Assembly: GCA_030704615.1 (NCBI GenBank)
Contig: CM060731.1
Location: 95,728,001 to 95,792,000, forward strand
DNA length: 64,000 bases
Reading direction: 5' to 3'
From: Takakia lepidozioides
Taxonomy: Eukaryota > Plantae > Bryophyta
Shown: one piece after another, positions 48,300-59,107 of the stretch
Numbering within the stretch: position 1 is the stretch's first letter
Layout of the letters: every line of letters begins with the position of its first letter
The notes under the pieces: model-generated
What the model saw: the letters and a program-made list of their open reading frames with translations, nothing else
The model's database searches: none
Told to the model about the DNA's origin: nothing
Program-made: the position numbers and the translations under genes

Positions 48300-50215
48300 A
48301 GCCACCATAAGTGCTGTCGGAACACCAACTGGTCATGGGTCATCCCTCCGTATGAAGTTCAGCGAAGACAGGGTCCATGGTTTGAAGTCTCATGACTACC
48401 ACAATACATTGCAAGACATCTTCCCACTTGTAGTACGTGGGACTCTGACTCCCGAGGTTCGCGATACAGTCTATAGATTAGGAGCTGGAGGAAGCGGATT
48501 TTCCACGCATGAAGAAGGAGGTGGCGGCGGTCATGTGTATATTGGAGATGCACCTTCATCTCTCCTTCTTCGACATCCAAGTGCACTTGGTAGTGCACTT
48601 AGTGGAAGAGGCTTCGATTGTCGGCCCCGTTCATTCTCGGTGGATGTACTACCTTGAGCGTTACATGAAGACTTTGAAAGCACATGTAAGACAAATGGCG
48701 CACCCGGAGGGTAGCATGGCAGAGGGGTATACATTGCAACAGGCTATATTCTACTGCATGGAGTACTTGGCAAGGATGGATAAGGAAGCCCCTCGGATGT
48801 GGAAGGAAGATGAGGATGTACAAACCAATGACATCGTTTTGCCCAAAACTTCAAAGATGGTAAAATTGCCCATCATGGTGATTGAGCAAGCACATGAGTT
48901 CATACTGAAGAACAACCCATCCATACATGAGTGAAGGCAAGATACAATAACCTTGTTCAGCAACGACAAGATGAGATGTTTGCATGGAGGCGGAACCATC
49001 CAAGGGAGACTAGCCGGGCTCGCGGGCCGACGTGGGAATGTTTCTTCACAAGATTTGCCCATGGAATTGCAGCCTTTAAGTTCATTCCGCCATTGGCTTT
49101 GGACTGCAGTTGAGGACGTCATTGCTCAAGATGAGGTGGTTTCAGATTTTATGCAAGACATTGCAAGGGGCCCCTCTCAATTCACGACCTCATACACGGC
49201 GGTTTGGGTTCATGGTCGTCATTTCCGCATTCGTGCTCTTGACATGAAGCGCAAAACAACGTTTGATTCTGGCTTGTGTGCCACATATTGGCAAGACTCC
49301 ATGTGGGGCAGGGGAGATACACGACCTACACTAAGCAAACTCGACTATATTGGAGAGCTTGAGAGCATACTCCAACTTCAATATACAAGATACCAGCCTT
49401 TGATCTTCAAGGGAAGGTGGTTCCAACCACATGTTAGGGGGCCCTCCGCAACACTAGTGGAAGACGAGTGTGGTTTCATGCGCATCAATGCAGATAGGCT
49501 CTTCTCTATTCGTCGTCCCTTCGATGAGCCTTTTGCATGGCCTTCAGACATGGAGCAAGTTTTCTTCTCCCAAGACAAAACAAGAGGCGAAAATTGGAAG
49601 GTGGTTGTGCATGCTCAGCCAAGAGGAAGATGTATATTCCATCATGGTCAGGGATCTACATGGGGCGAGGCAAATACGGAGGAGGAAGAGACTGGTCATG
49701 ATGATGCTGAAGTTGGCCGAGGTTGGATAAATGGGGTACAAGAGGATGATGACACCCCGGAGAATGCATCCCGGACCCTATACGATGAGGCTCCATCAGA
49801 TGCGGATGTTGGAGAAGAAGATGAAGACATGGTCATTGAAAACAAGGTGGAAGATGATTCAGATGTGCCTTTTGCTGACCCGGCCATTTTTTACGATGAC
49901 TTTGATGATAAAAAAGACTTACAGCTTGATAAGGATGAAGAAGCTCCGGATGACGTGGAGCAATCTTTTATTTGCACCGACCTCACTTTGTATTTCACAA
50001 TGTACAATATTGTTCGCTTTTGTCAATTCTCATATATCATTTTATCTAAAAATCTTTCTAAACTTCTATTGTTCTCTAAATAGCGGCTCCAATTGACCCT
50101 TGTCTTTTCAAGACCTCGGCCCTTTCGGGGTCGGCGCATCTGGCGCGCCGGGGGTGCTTATGGGCGTCGGTAAACCCCCCTAAATCGGTCTCGGATAACC
50201 GATCTTCATGTAGCA
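48300..50215 (+). mobile_element. CACTA/En-Spm remnant: 3' half of TnpD transposase (DUF4218/DUF4216-type) and probable 3' end
   Basis: GLKSHDYH, FFDIQVHLVVHL, GPVHSRWMYYLERYMKTLK, PEGSMAEGY and DEPFAWPSDMEQVFF. GC-rich subterminal region ending TTCATGTAGCA. Confidence 0.85.
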
Positions 50216-50331
50216 GTACACCACTCTACCTCATTAACGGATTCTTGCGTGAGGAGTGATCCCCATTGTTCATCGACGACACTATGCATGTACGTATAAG
50301 GTAAGAACCATCGTAACGTTGATCACGTTAA

Positions 50332-52330
50332 GATGTTGATTTTGAATTAAGGCCAAAGCTTTATACAAAGCGAAATCATCCGATGTTGTGCTTCTCTCTA
50401 CCATCCTACCTAAGTATGTGCGCGCGTTTTTCTGTGACGAAGAGTATTGCAGGTCGATTGCAATTGCGTCGTTCTGTGACAAAATCTTTTGAATTCGTCA
50501 AGGAATTGAGGATGCCACCAAAGAAGTTTAGTATGCGCCTAATCCGAGGTTCTCTAGAAGTTATCTGATGTATCTAGATGTCAACGTTGTCTCCTGACAG
50601 TGGAGACCATGATCTTGAAAACCAATAACCACGATCTTGAAATAAGGCCAAAGCTTTATACAAAGCAAAATCATCTGATGTACCATCCTACCTGAGCATG
50701 TGCGCGAGTTTTTTTGTGAAGAAGAGTATTGCACCCATTGACCCCTCTCTCCTATCCTCGTTTTTTGAAAATTCCCTTCAAGGGAGGGAGAGAAGGTGCT
50801 CATAAGACATTGTTTATCGTAGCCTTATGGCCTTTGAGCCCATGCTCTCGCCTATCTCGCTTAGTCTTCCACGCTGATGATGGCGTTCAAGGGTAGGGAG
50901 AACCCAGTTGTTTGTCTCTCTCCTCCTTTAGATTCCGAGCTGGCGGGCGACCTTGCAGCTGAGGCGTTGACGCAACAGCTCCAACCCCGCGCCACTGTCG
51001 TCAGATCCCGCGCCAGCAGGTGAGCTCTGTCTCCCTCCCCCCTTCCTACTTTCTCCTCACTCTCTTCCTATCTTTTTTCAAAAAACAAACCCCTTCAGGC
51101 TGAGCCCTGGCATAGTCAAGAGAATAAAAGATTAGGAAGAGGGTAGAAGAGGAGTTGAGGAGGGAGGAGGAGGCTGAGTTGAAGAGGAAAGAAGATGACG
51201 ACTCGAAGAAAAGGGAGGAGGTGGTTGAGTTGAAGAAGACGGCCGCTCAGGCTGATTTGATGTTGATTTTGAAATAAGGCCAAAGCTTTATACAAAGCAA
51301 AATCATTCAATGTTGTGTTTCTCTCTACCATCCTACCTGAGCATGTGCGCGAGTTTTTCTATGACGAAGAGTATTGCACACTTGCTTTCATTCAAGGAAA
51401 GCCGTTTTCTTCTGAAGACATTTGATGCCATTGTGTTTGCAAAGAACTCAAGGCAGGAAAGAATTGTACCAGGGGCAAGGCCAGGGCTCTGCCTCAAGAT
51501 TTTCCAAGTTGGAAAACAGAGGTGGCATGCAGCAATACAACAAAAAAAATGAAGAAAAACCATGACAGAAGGAGGCAGAAAGTTGGGGGAGGAGGGAGAG
51601 AATGTGATCATAAGACATTGTTTCCGTAGCCTTCTGGCCATTGACCCCTCTCTCCTATCCTTGTTTTTCGAAAATTCCCTTCAAGGGAGGGAGATAATGT
51701 GCTCATAAGACGTTGTTTGCTAATCGTTTCATCATATTGCAATTGATGATTGAATTGTATTGTATTGAATTCATTGATTGTATTGTATTGATGATTTGAT
51801 TGTATTGCAATTGATGATTGAATTATATTGTATTGTATTGTACTGTATTGATGAAATGATTGTATTGCAATTGTATTGTATTGATAATTTGATTTGATTG
51901 ATTTGAAGTTTGATTTGATGTTGATTTTGAAATAAAGCCAAAGTTTTATACACCGAGTGATCTCCAACAAGAATGATCTGCTTCAGTTCCTTCATCTGGG
52001 TGATAATAGCAGTCTTTGCTTCTACTTGCTGTGCAGCCTCATCAATTATTACGCAAGTAAACGCTTCAGCGATTGTTGGCCTACTATGGAGACAGTGCAA
52101 AAAAACAATGCAAGCATTCTCTATGCATTCCATCTCCAACCATTCAAGTGATGAAGTTGCAGAAGGAGGGAGCATGCCATATGCAGGCTCTGAGCTAATC
52201 ATAATTTTGAGAAATGTCTCTGTCAATTCAGAAAACAGCTCAGTGCCAGAACTTCCTAGTTTTCCAAATCCATTTTCGTCTTTGTTGTATCACAGGGAAA
52301 ACTCTGCAGGGTTTTTACATTCCAGAGTCT
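50332..52330 (-). pseudogene. Rearranged fragments of a UPF1/SEN1-like SF1 helicase with repeated modules
   Basis: CVIIDEAAQ…IILVGDH (motifs II and III) at ~51955-52070. A ~120-bp module recurs at 50332, 50632 and 51259 (partial at 51917). An ~80-bp module recurs at 50734 and 51638. ATTGT-rich simple repeat at ~51740-51910. Confidence 0.6.
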
Positions 52331-52493
52331 GTTGAGGAAATAATTTTATTCTATTCTTGAACCATATGCTTAATAACAACATGTGCAATATGCATGCACA
52401 ATTTGGCAGTGAACATACATCATCTGCACCCAAAACCATATTTTCTTCCCTCATTTGCACTCCAAGGTTGAGTTATCTTCAAGTTCATGCACT

Positions 52494-53037
52494 TGTCGTG
52501 CACCTAAGCATTGTGCCACAACATACATCGCTGTCCACCATACATTCTAAGCACACAATCCTAGAAAACTATGCCACAATTGATAATGAAAGTGAACACA
52601 AGGGAAACACTCTACTCATGAATCCACTCAATCACATAAACTAAGTCAAGCCAAGGACACCCTTGCTAAGGGAATCCACCCTACAAAGCCCTCAACACAC
52701 TCCTTCTCAATACCTAGAGCTATGGAGGTGAGAGATGCTCATGGAGACTCAACTACAAGAAGATGAGCCCTTCTCAACACTCATAAGGGGAAAACCCATC
52801 CCCATGTCCCAAGTGAGGTTTGACACCTCATTTGGCATGTGAGACCAAATGAAGTCCCAACACACAAAATACAAATATAAATATCCAAAATGTCCTAATT
52901 AACTAGAAGTAGGTAATTCTAGTTAACCATGACTAGAACCATGACAGCTGTCGTGCACCTAAGCATCGTGCCACAATATACATCGATGTCCACCATACAT
53001 TCTAAGCACACAATCCTAGAAATTTATGTCACAATTG
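52494..53037 (-). mobile_element. LTR (52946→52494, TGTCATG…CACGACA) abutted by a duplicate of its own 3' ~90 bp (53037→52949)
   Basis: Homology to 1342-1669, and a direct repeat between ~52494-52582 and 52949-53037. Confidence 0.65.
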
Positions 53038-53303
53038 CCCCCCTAGCTGGTGATTAGGTCCCTCTAACACCGGATAGCTGACAAGTATCCATCTCAAAAA
53101 GATCATCGTTTGGTCTTCAATTGCACATGCCCCAATTTTCTAAAGTATATGGATCAAGAGGCCGGGTGCAACGAGAGCCCCAGCGTTAGTCGCCTGCTTG
53201 CAATCCATGATCTTCAATTGAGTATCCATGGCATTGAGCTCCCACTAGCTAGACCTTGGACAACATGTCAACTTCACCATTGTCATGCCCACTACCTATG
53301 TCC

Positions 53304-56300
53304 AAGGCATCATGGACACAACCATTCTCCACTAGGAACCTCCTCAAGTGGCGGTGTCAAGCATCCCATGTGCCACCCCCTTGAGCATTTGTCACACACC
53401 AACATGGTTGCGGCACCACCAGCATGCCCACATAGCATGCAACGCAACCCTGCAGGTACCACTGCAAGGTTGGGATCTATCCTCCCATCCACATTTGGAA
53501 GGTGACACGGCGCACAATTGCACACATGGTCCTTCCATACCATGCCATCTCGACCCTCCAGAATCAACACTCCTGAAGGCAACACCTCCCGGACCCTTAG
53601 AATCACACGTCTTGCTGTGACATCCAAAGTCGTAGGCGCTGTCTGCTGCAGATACACATAGTCCCCAGGGTGGAAATGCCAAACACCTGGCCGATATCCC
53701 CCTCCACGTATAGTGGCGTACCTCAATGTGTCTCGGTGTTGGGCAATAGCAAGGTTCTCAAAAACCATAGGCATGACTCTCTTGAACAACTTTGCTCGTT
53801 GGGCACATGCTTGTGTCCACACATCCGGATCATCAAGGTTGAGGACTGCTGCAGTCTCCCTACGAATAGATGCAGGCAAATCTGCTCTTGGCCAAAGAGA
53901 AGGAAATAATACGAAAACGAAGCAAATGATGCTTGCTTCCTAAACTTGTAGCCCAAGACCAACCAAGGTAGCTGAAGGTCCCAATCTCCCAAGTGTCATT
54001 TCTACAAGCCATACTTGCGCAAGCCTCGCTTGACTGTTTATACAACCCTCTCTGCCAAGCCATCAGCCTCGGGATGATCCCGAGAAGTAGTGCGGTGATC
54101 TATCAAGGTTTGCTCACACAAAGCCTGAAACTCCCCCAAGAACTCTCTCCCCTGGTCCGTGAGTACCTCGGCTAGAGCACCAAATTGGCTAAGCACTCGA
54201 TCTAAGAATGCATACGTAGCCCCCTCACTTGCCTTATCAGGCAATGCCACCAGTTCAATCCACTTGGAGAAATGTTCCACCATCACCAGCACATACTTGT
54301 TATGGCGAATTGTTAGTGGTGATGGGCCTGCGAAGTCAAGACTCCAACGATAGCCCAAACCCATAATGGGTAAAGGATGCAATTATGGAGTAGGTGCATT
54401 GAAAGAAGCCCGCACTCTATCACACACCATGCACCTTGCCACTAATTATTGCACATCCGTGTGCATGCCCCGCCACCAGTATTGTCCTTGCAGCAAACTA
54501 TGAGTGCGCCGCATCCCAAAATGTCCCAACTCCTCATGGGCATGGCGTACCAATCGCGCACGTTGTGTTGGATGAGGCACAATCCTCACTTGTCCATCCT
54601 CCCATACTCGTAGTAGGTGAGTCACCTCCCGCTTGAACCTCTTGGCTCGTTGTAGGATCCGATCTCTCTCCTTAGCAGTCACATTGGCTGCTGTCTCTCC
54701 TGTACGAAGGTAGGCCAACACTGCTGCATCTTCATGCACATCCTTAGCACCACCAAGCTCCTCACTGATCTCTGGATCGTCATGCACACCATCTTCATGA
54801 CCAATCCTATGGGATGGACCAGCTTAAGCTCCCATTGCTAGGATGCACAAAAAGATAGATGCATGCCATCCTGGCACCATCTCCTCATCCATCTCACCAT
54901 GCCACCGAGCTCCAGTATCATCATGCTCGCTCGTGCATGGATTACGACTCAACCCATCTGCATCCCGATTGACTATACCGGCTCGATGCACCACCTGGAA
55001 GTCGTATTCTTGAAGCATAAGTGCCCACCATGCAAGCTTCCTTGTAAGCTTGTCTGACTCCATCAACCACTTCAATGGTTGGTGATCCGTGACAAGGGTG
55101 AAGAGGTTGCCATAGAGGTAGCATCTGAAATGTGCCACTGCCCATACCACAGCTAGACACTCCCCTTCATATGAGCTATACTTTGCATTGGCATCATTGT
55201 TCGAGCGGTTGGCATATGTCACTATGAACTCTCTTCCCTCGTCATCTACCTGTGTGAGCACTGCTCCAATCCCCAACATACTCCAATCCGTATGTAGTTG
55301 GAAAGGCCGCCTCAGAATAGGTGCAGAAGTCAATCGAGCCTTGAGTTCCTCAAAGGCTTCCTCCTGCTCCTGCTCCCACTGCCACTCCTGACCCACCTTG
55401 GTCAACTTGGTAAGAGCCTTTGCAATGCTGCTAAATCCCTTGACAAACCGTCGATAGTAGTTTGCCAACCCCATGAAAGCACGAACTCTGCTAACATCGA
55501 TGGGGCGTGGAATGCGTGCAGTGGCCTCCACCTTCGTCTTTTGAATACCCAATCCTCCAGGGTATATCATGTGGCCCAAATACTCAATCTGGTTGTGGAA
55601 GAACTTGCACTTCCCAGGGTGCAATTTCAACCCATGCGCTCTCAAGCACTCAAACACCATCTGAAGGTGTCTCTCGTGCTCCTCAATCATAGCACTAAAG
55701 ATGATGATGTCATCAATGTAGCACCGAGCGAAGTCTAGCCCTGCAAGATCCTATCCATGATCCTCTGAAACTTTGCAGGAGCATTCTTCAACCCAAACGG
55801 TAGGAACCGCCATTGGTACAAAAAATCATCCCCATGTTGGTCAATCCCCCAGAACGTCGTCTTTTGCTTGTCAGCCTCTTTGATTGGCAACTGGTGGTAA
55901 CTGGATCGCAAGTCCAATGTGCTAAACACCTTTTGCATGCCCAATGGCATCAAAGATCTCCTCTTGAGTTGGCATGGCATATCTATCGGACTTAGTCTGA
56001 CGGTTCATAGGACAGTAGTCCCCACACATCCTCTTTTTTGTCCAATTGCCATAGATATCATTCTTAGCTGGCATTACTGTTGCCAAGGCATATTCTCCGT
56101 CTGACAACTCCACCAATCCAGCTTCGAACAATTCCATAGTCCGTGACTGGATCAAAGACCTCTCCATATCACTATACCTGTAGGGCCTTTGAAAAATCGG
56201 CGTGTCACTTGCCAAATCAATACGAATCTCCTGGCCCTTCAAACTCCCCGAATCCTTCAAACCGAAGGCAAAGCAATTTCTATAAGCCCTTAGAAATTGT

Positions 56301-56769
56301 TGGATCCTCCGTCTCTCTCCTCCGGTGACTGTAGGTCCAACATCTGGTTCCCGTTGTCCTCAGGCTTGGAAGTAGGAGACGCGTCCTTTGGTTGCTAGAT
56401 AGCAACCTCTTGGGCTTTATCCGCCCACCCTGACCGTGGCGTAGCCTCCACTTGCTCCGCCATAGTCACCTTGAGAACATCCTCTGGGGAAGAAACATTC
56501 TCAACCTCTTCAAGAGCCTTGGCCACCTTGGCCTCCAACTAATCCTCCGTGTATGGCTCTCCCCACTCCTCATATTGCTCCTTGAGAGATCCAATGACTC
56601 TCTCTTTCCGCATCTCATCCCACATCTGCCATGGGTGTTTGCACTCCATGATCTTGTGCTCGCCCCCACTCACTGCCTCAACCGTCCCGGTTGGCAGAGA
56701 GGATGCAATACCAAATGGGAGTGCAAAAGTAGCCACCACTGTCTGCAACCTCCGTTGCTCAGCCATGCA
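53304..56769 (-). pseudogene. Ty3/gypsy pol (RT-RH-INT) with C-terminal PHD finger
   Basis: RT (RMCGDY, FLPFGLKNAPAKFQR), RH (HTDWS, YSSYEGECLA), INT (WSLDFAG, DGLAERVV), then CMLC…[31 protein letters not shown]. Confidence 0.92.
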
Positions 56770-57162
56770 CGGGGGCTACTATTTTCATGAGCCATGAGCC
56801 ATGAGCCATGAGCAGAGTCGTAAGTGTCGAAAAAAACATGAGCAGGACTATTTTCCGGAAATGAGTGTCCGCGGGAATAGGGTTTAGGGTGTCACGGTCA
56901 TAGGGGGAGAAGGACCTCCCGATGAAGGAGGTTCGGCAATGTTTTTTAGAATTACATATTGAAAGGCAATGTTTCGCGAATGGTAGGGTGGTACTAATCT
57001 ATACAATAGGGGCCCATTTCAGCCTACCAGCCACTTGCAAAATCCACCCACACTCCCAATCCCAAACGAAATGAGGAATGACGCATTTTGGGAACGATGG
57101 ATACAGAATAGAACAAAAAGAGGGCACAATGGGGTTTTTATTGATCCACATGAATTGCATTT
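56770..57162 (-). repeat. ~400-bp element terminus (CGGGGGCTACTATTTT…), inverted copy of 2633-3033
   Basis: Interrupts the PHD-gypsy polyprotein at the same terminal sequence where the 3033 copy ends. Contains tandem CATGAGC and GGGTTTAGGG. Confidence 0.75.
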
Positions 57163-57225
57163 GAAGCACGTCTACTGTGCTGATTGTGCAAACAAATCTT
57201 TAGCCCTGTGCCTTCTGAATACAAG

Positions 57226-57789
57226 TCACGTTGTCAATGGGACTTCGACTACTCTGAGAACTAGCTCATGAGTCTTCGGGCTCCTCCAGGTAAACTGGAT
57301 TGCAGCCGTTGTACCGCCCCTGTTGATGTTCACCACAATGTCATGCCCTTCAATCATACCACCATCAAATATGGAAAGCTTCACGTTTTTGCCGTCCACA
57401 CCAATGCGAATGTCCCCATACAATGGAGAAGATGAGCGCACTCCTTCAGGAGTATAAGTCTCTCCGATGGAGTCCACCCATGTCCACTGGCAGCAGTTCC
57501 ACCGCAACAGCATAACAGTGCGCATTCTTCTGCATGGGTGCCCGTCGTAGCTGGGAAAATCGGAATCAAGGATGCGCAGGAACCACGGACTCCTCAGACC
57601 AAGATCGTCACCCCGCTCGAAGGCGTACTGGCCTGGGAGATACTCAAAAGCGGACAATGTTTCCACATTCGAACCAGTATCTTCTGTATAATCTGTGTAC
57701 CAGATAACAATGTCTCCCGATGTGGCCGAATACATTGCATAATCAATGCCTCCATAAGGGCAGTCGTCTCGGTTCCGGAAGCATGGCAT
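57226..57789 (-). CDS. Unknown protein A (~187 aa from the conserved Met; open frame extends to 57939)
   Basis: Intact ORF, collinear paralogue of 58346-58924 (MPC.RN, DYAM, SGDI, RWNCCQWT, YGDIR, DGGMI.GHDIVV, ELVLR..EVP). Confidence 0.75.
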   Translation of the reverse strand: MPCFRNRDDCPYGGIDYAMYSATSGDIVIWYTDYTEDTGSNVETLSAFEYLPGQYAFERGDDLGLRSPWFLRILDSDFPSYDGHPCRRMRTVMLLRWNCCQWTWVDSIGETYTPEGVRSSSPLYGDIRIGVDGKNVKLSIFDGGMIEGHDIVVNINRGGTTAAIQFTWRSPKTHELVLRVVEVPLTT

Positions 57790-58345
57790 CCTCGCAAAGG
57801 AGGACCTGAGGACGTCTTTGATGCCGATGACAATGACCTTGCGGACAGCAACGAAGCCCTTACATTTTCGAAATGATGAGAAGCGGAAGAGCAGTGCGGG
57901 CTCCAATAATGGACCATCTGGTTCACAAGTACCCACCAATCATCGTGTAACGTGTTCAACAAGCCAGCGGTGGATGAACCGATACCTCTTTCTCATCCAC
58001 GGGGTATAGTTTGAAATTTGCCACCGAAGTCCATCCCCCGGATGGAAATTCGGCGCCGCATTTACATCGAAGGGGGGATGGACTTCGTCGTCTCGAGTGG
58101 CTATAGGCCCACCTGGCACTTACTGCCCATAGTTTGCATGGCAGGGAAGGAAAATGAAACGGCTACATCCATGGATGAGCCAATCTTCATCCATGCAGGT
58201 TCCTGTCGGGGGGAAATTTAAATGTGCCCTGGAGTGTTTGTGAGGAATTGCAACGTTTGCTTGAATTTCTTCCAGCCACCGCGCTGCTCCCTCCTCCATC
58301 CGGGAGCTGCTGTCATTGAGCGTACTGCGCTACTCTTTTTCAGGG

Positions 58346-58924
58346 ATGCCGTGCCGCCGAAATCCTGCTGAGTGCCCTTATCATGGCCACGATTATGCTA
58401 TGTTCAAACCAGAATCAGGAGACATCATTGTCTGGCTTTCACTTTTCACAGATGCATCTGGAATCAAGCGGGAGTCTTTGCGCGCAATGGAGTATCTGGA
58501 GGGCTATTACCGCTTTGAGCGAGGTGAGGGCGAGGGTCAATGCGGTCCGTGGGTCCTGAAAATTGTTGACCTCGATATACCAAGGTGGAATGGGATGCCG
58601 GACAGATCACGCACGGCCTCACTTTGGCGCTGGAACTGCTGCCAGTGGACCAGGGAGGACGGCACCGGGGAAAACTATATTCGTGAAGTTCACTCCGCTT
58701 TTCCAGTGTATGGAGACATTCGGCTGAGTTGCGAAGACGAATCGCACGGGCACAGGAGGCCCACAGTGACCTTGTCGATGTATGATGGTGGTATGATTGA
58801 TGGGCATGACATTGTCGTCAGCTCCACCAAGGGCACGAGATCGACCGCATTGCAGTTTACCTTGAGATGCCGCATCAGTAATGAGCTTGTTTTGAGGGCT
58901 ATCGAAGTTCCGTCGACTTGGTGA
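58346..58924 (+). CDS. Unknown protein B (~192 aa), divergent paralogue of A
   Basis: Intact ORF sharing the motifs above over its full length. Confidence 0.75.
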   Translation: MPCRRNPAECPYHGHDYAMFKPESGDIIVWLSLFTDASGIKRESLRAMEYLEGYYRFERGEGEGQCGPWVLKIVDLDIPRWNGMPDRSRTASLWRWNCCQWTREDGTGENYIREVHSAFPVYGDIRLSCEDESHGHRRPTVTLSMYDGGMIDGHDIVVSSTKGTRSTALQFTLRCRISNELVLRAIEVPSTW

Positions 58925-59107
58925 CACCCATGTAGAAGGAGGAAGGGCTTAGATTTGTCTGGAGTTGCTAAATGTGAGACACCGTGTTCGATCAATAAAA
59001 CAACCCATCGTACCTCACTTCTGTGTGCTTGTGTTTCATCGTGTTCAAGAACTGCCGTAATTGGCCCACTGTTTACAATTTGAGGTCTCATTACTACAAT
59101 GTGTCTG

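Noticed and set aside
2633-57162. The two 400-bp inverted copies as TIRs of one 54-kb element
   Set aside because: The shared termini face inward toward the intervening DNA, so the element bodies lie outside the interval; they are ends of two separate copies.
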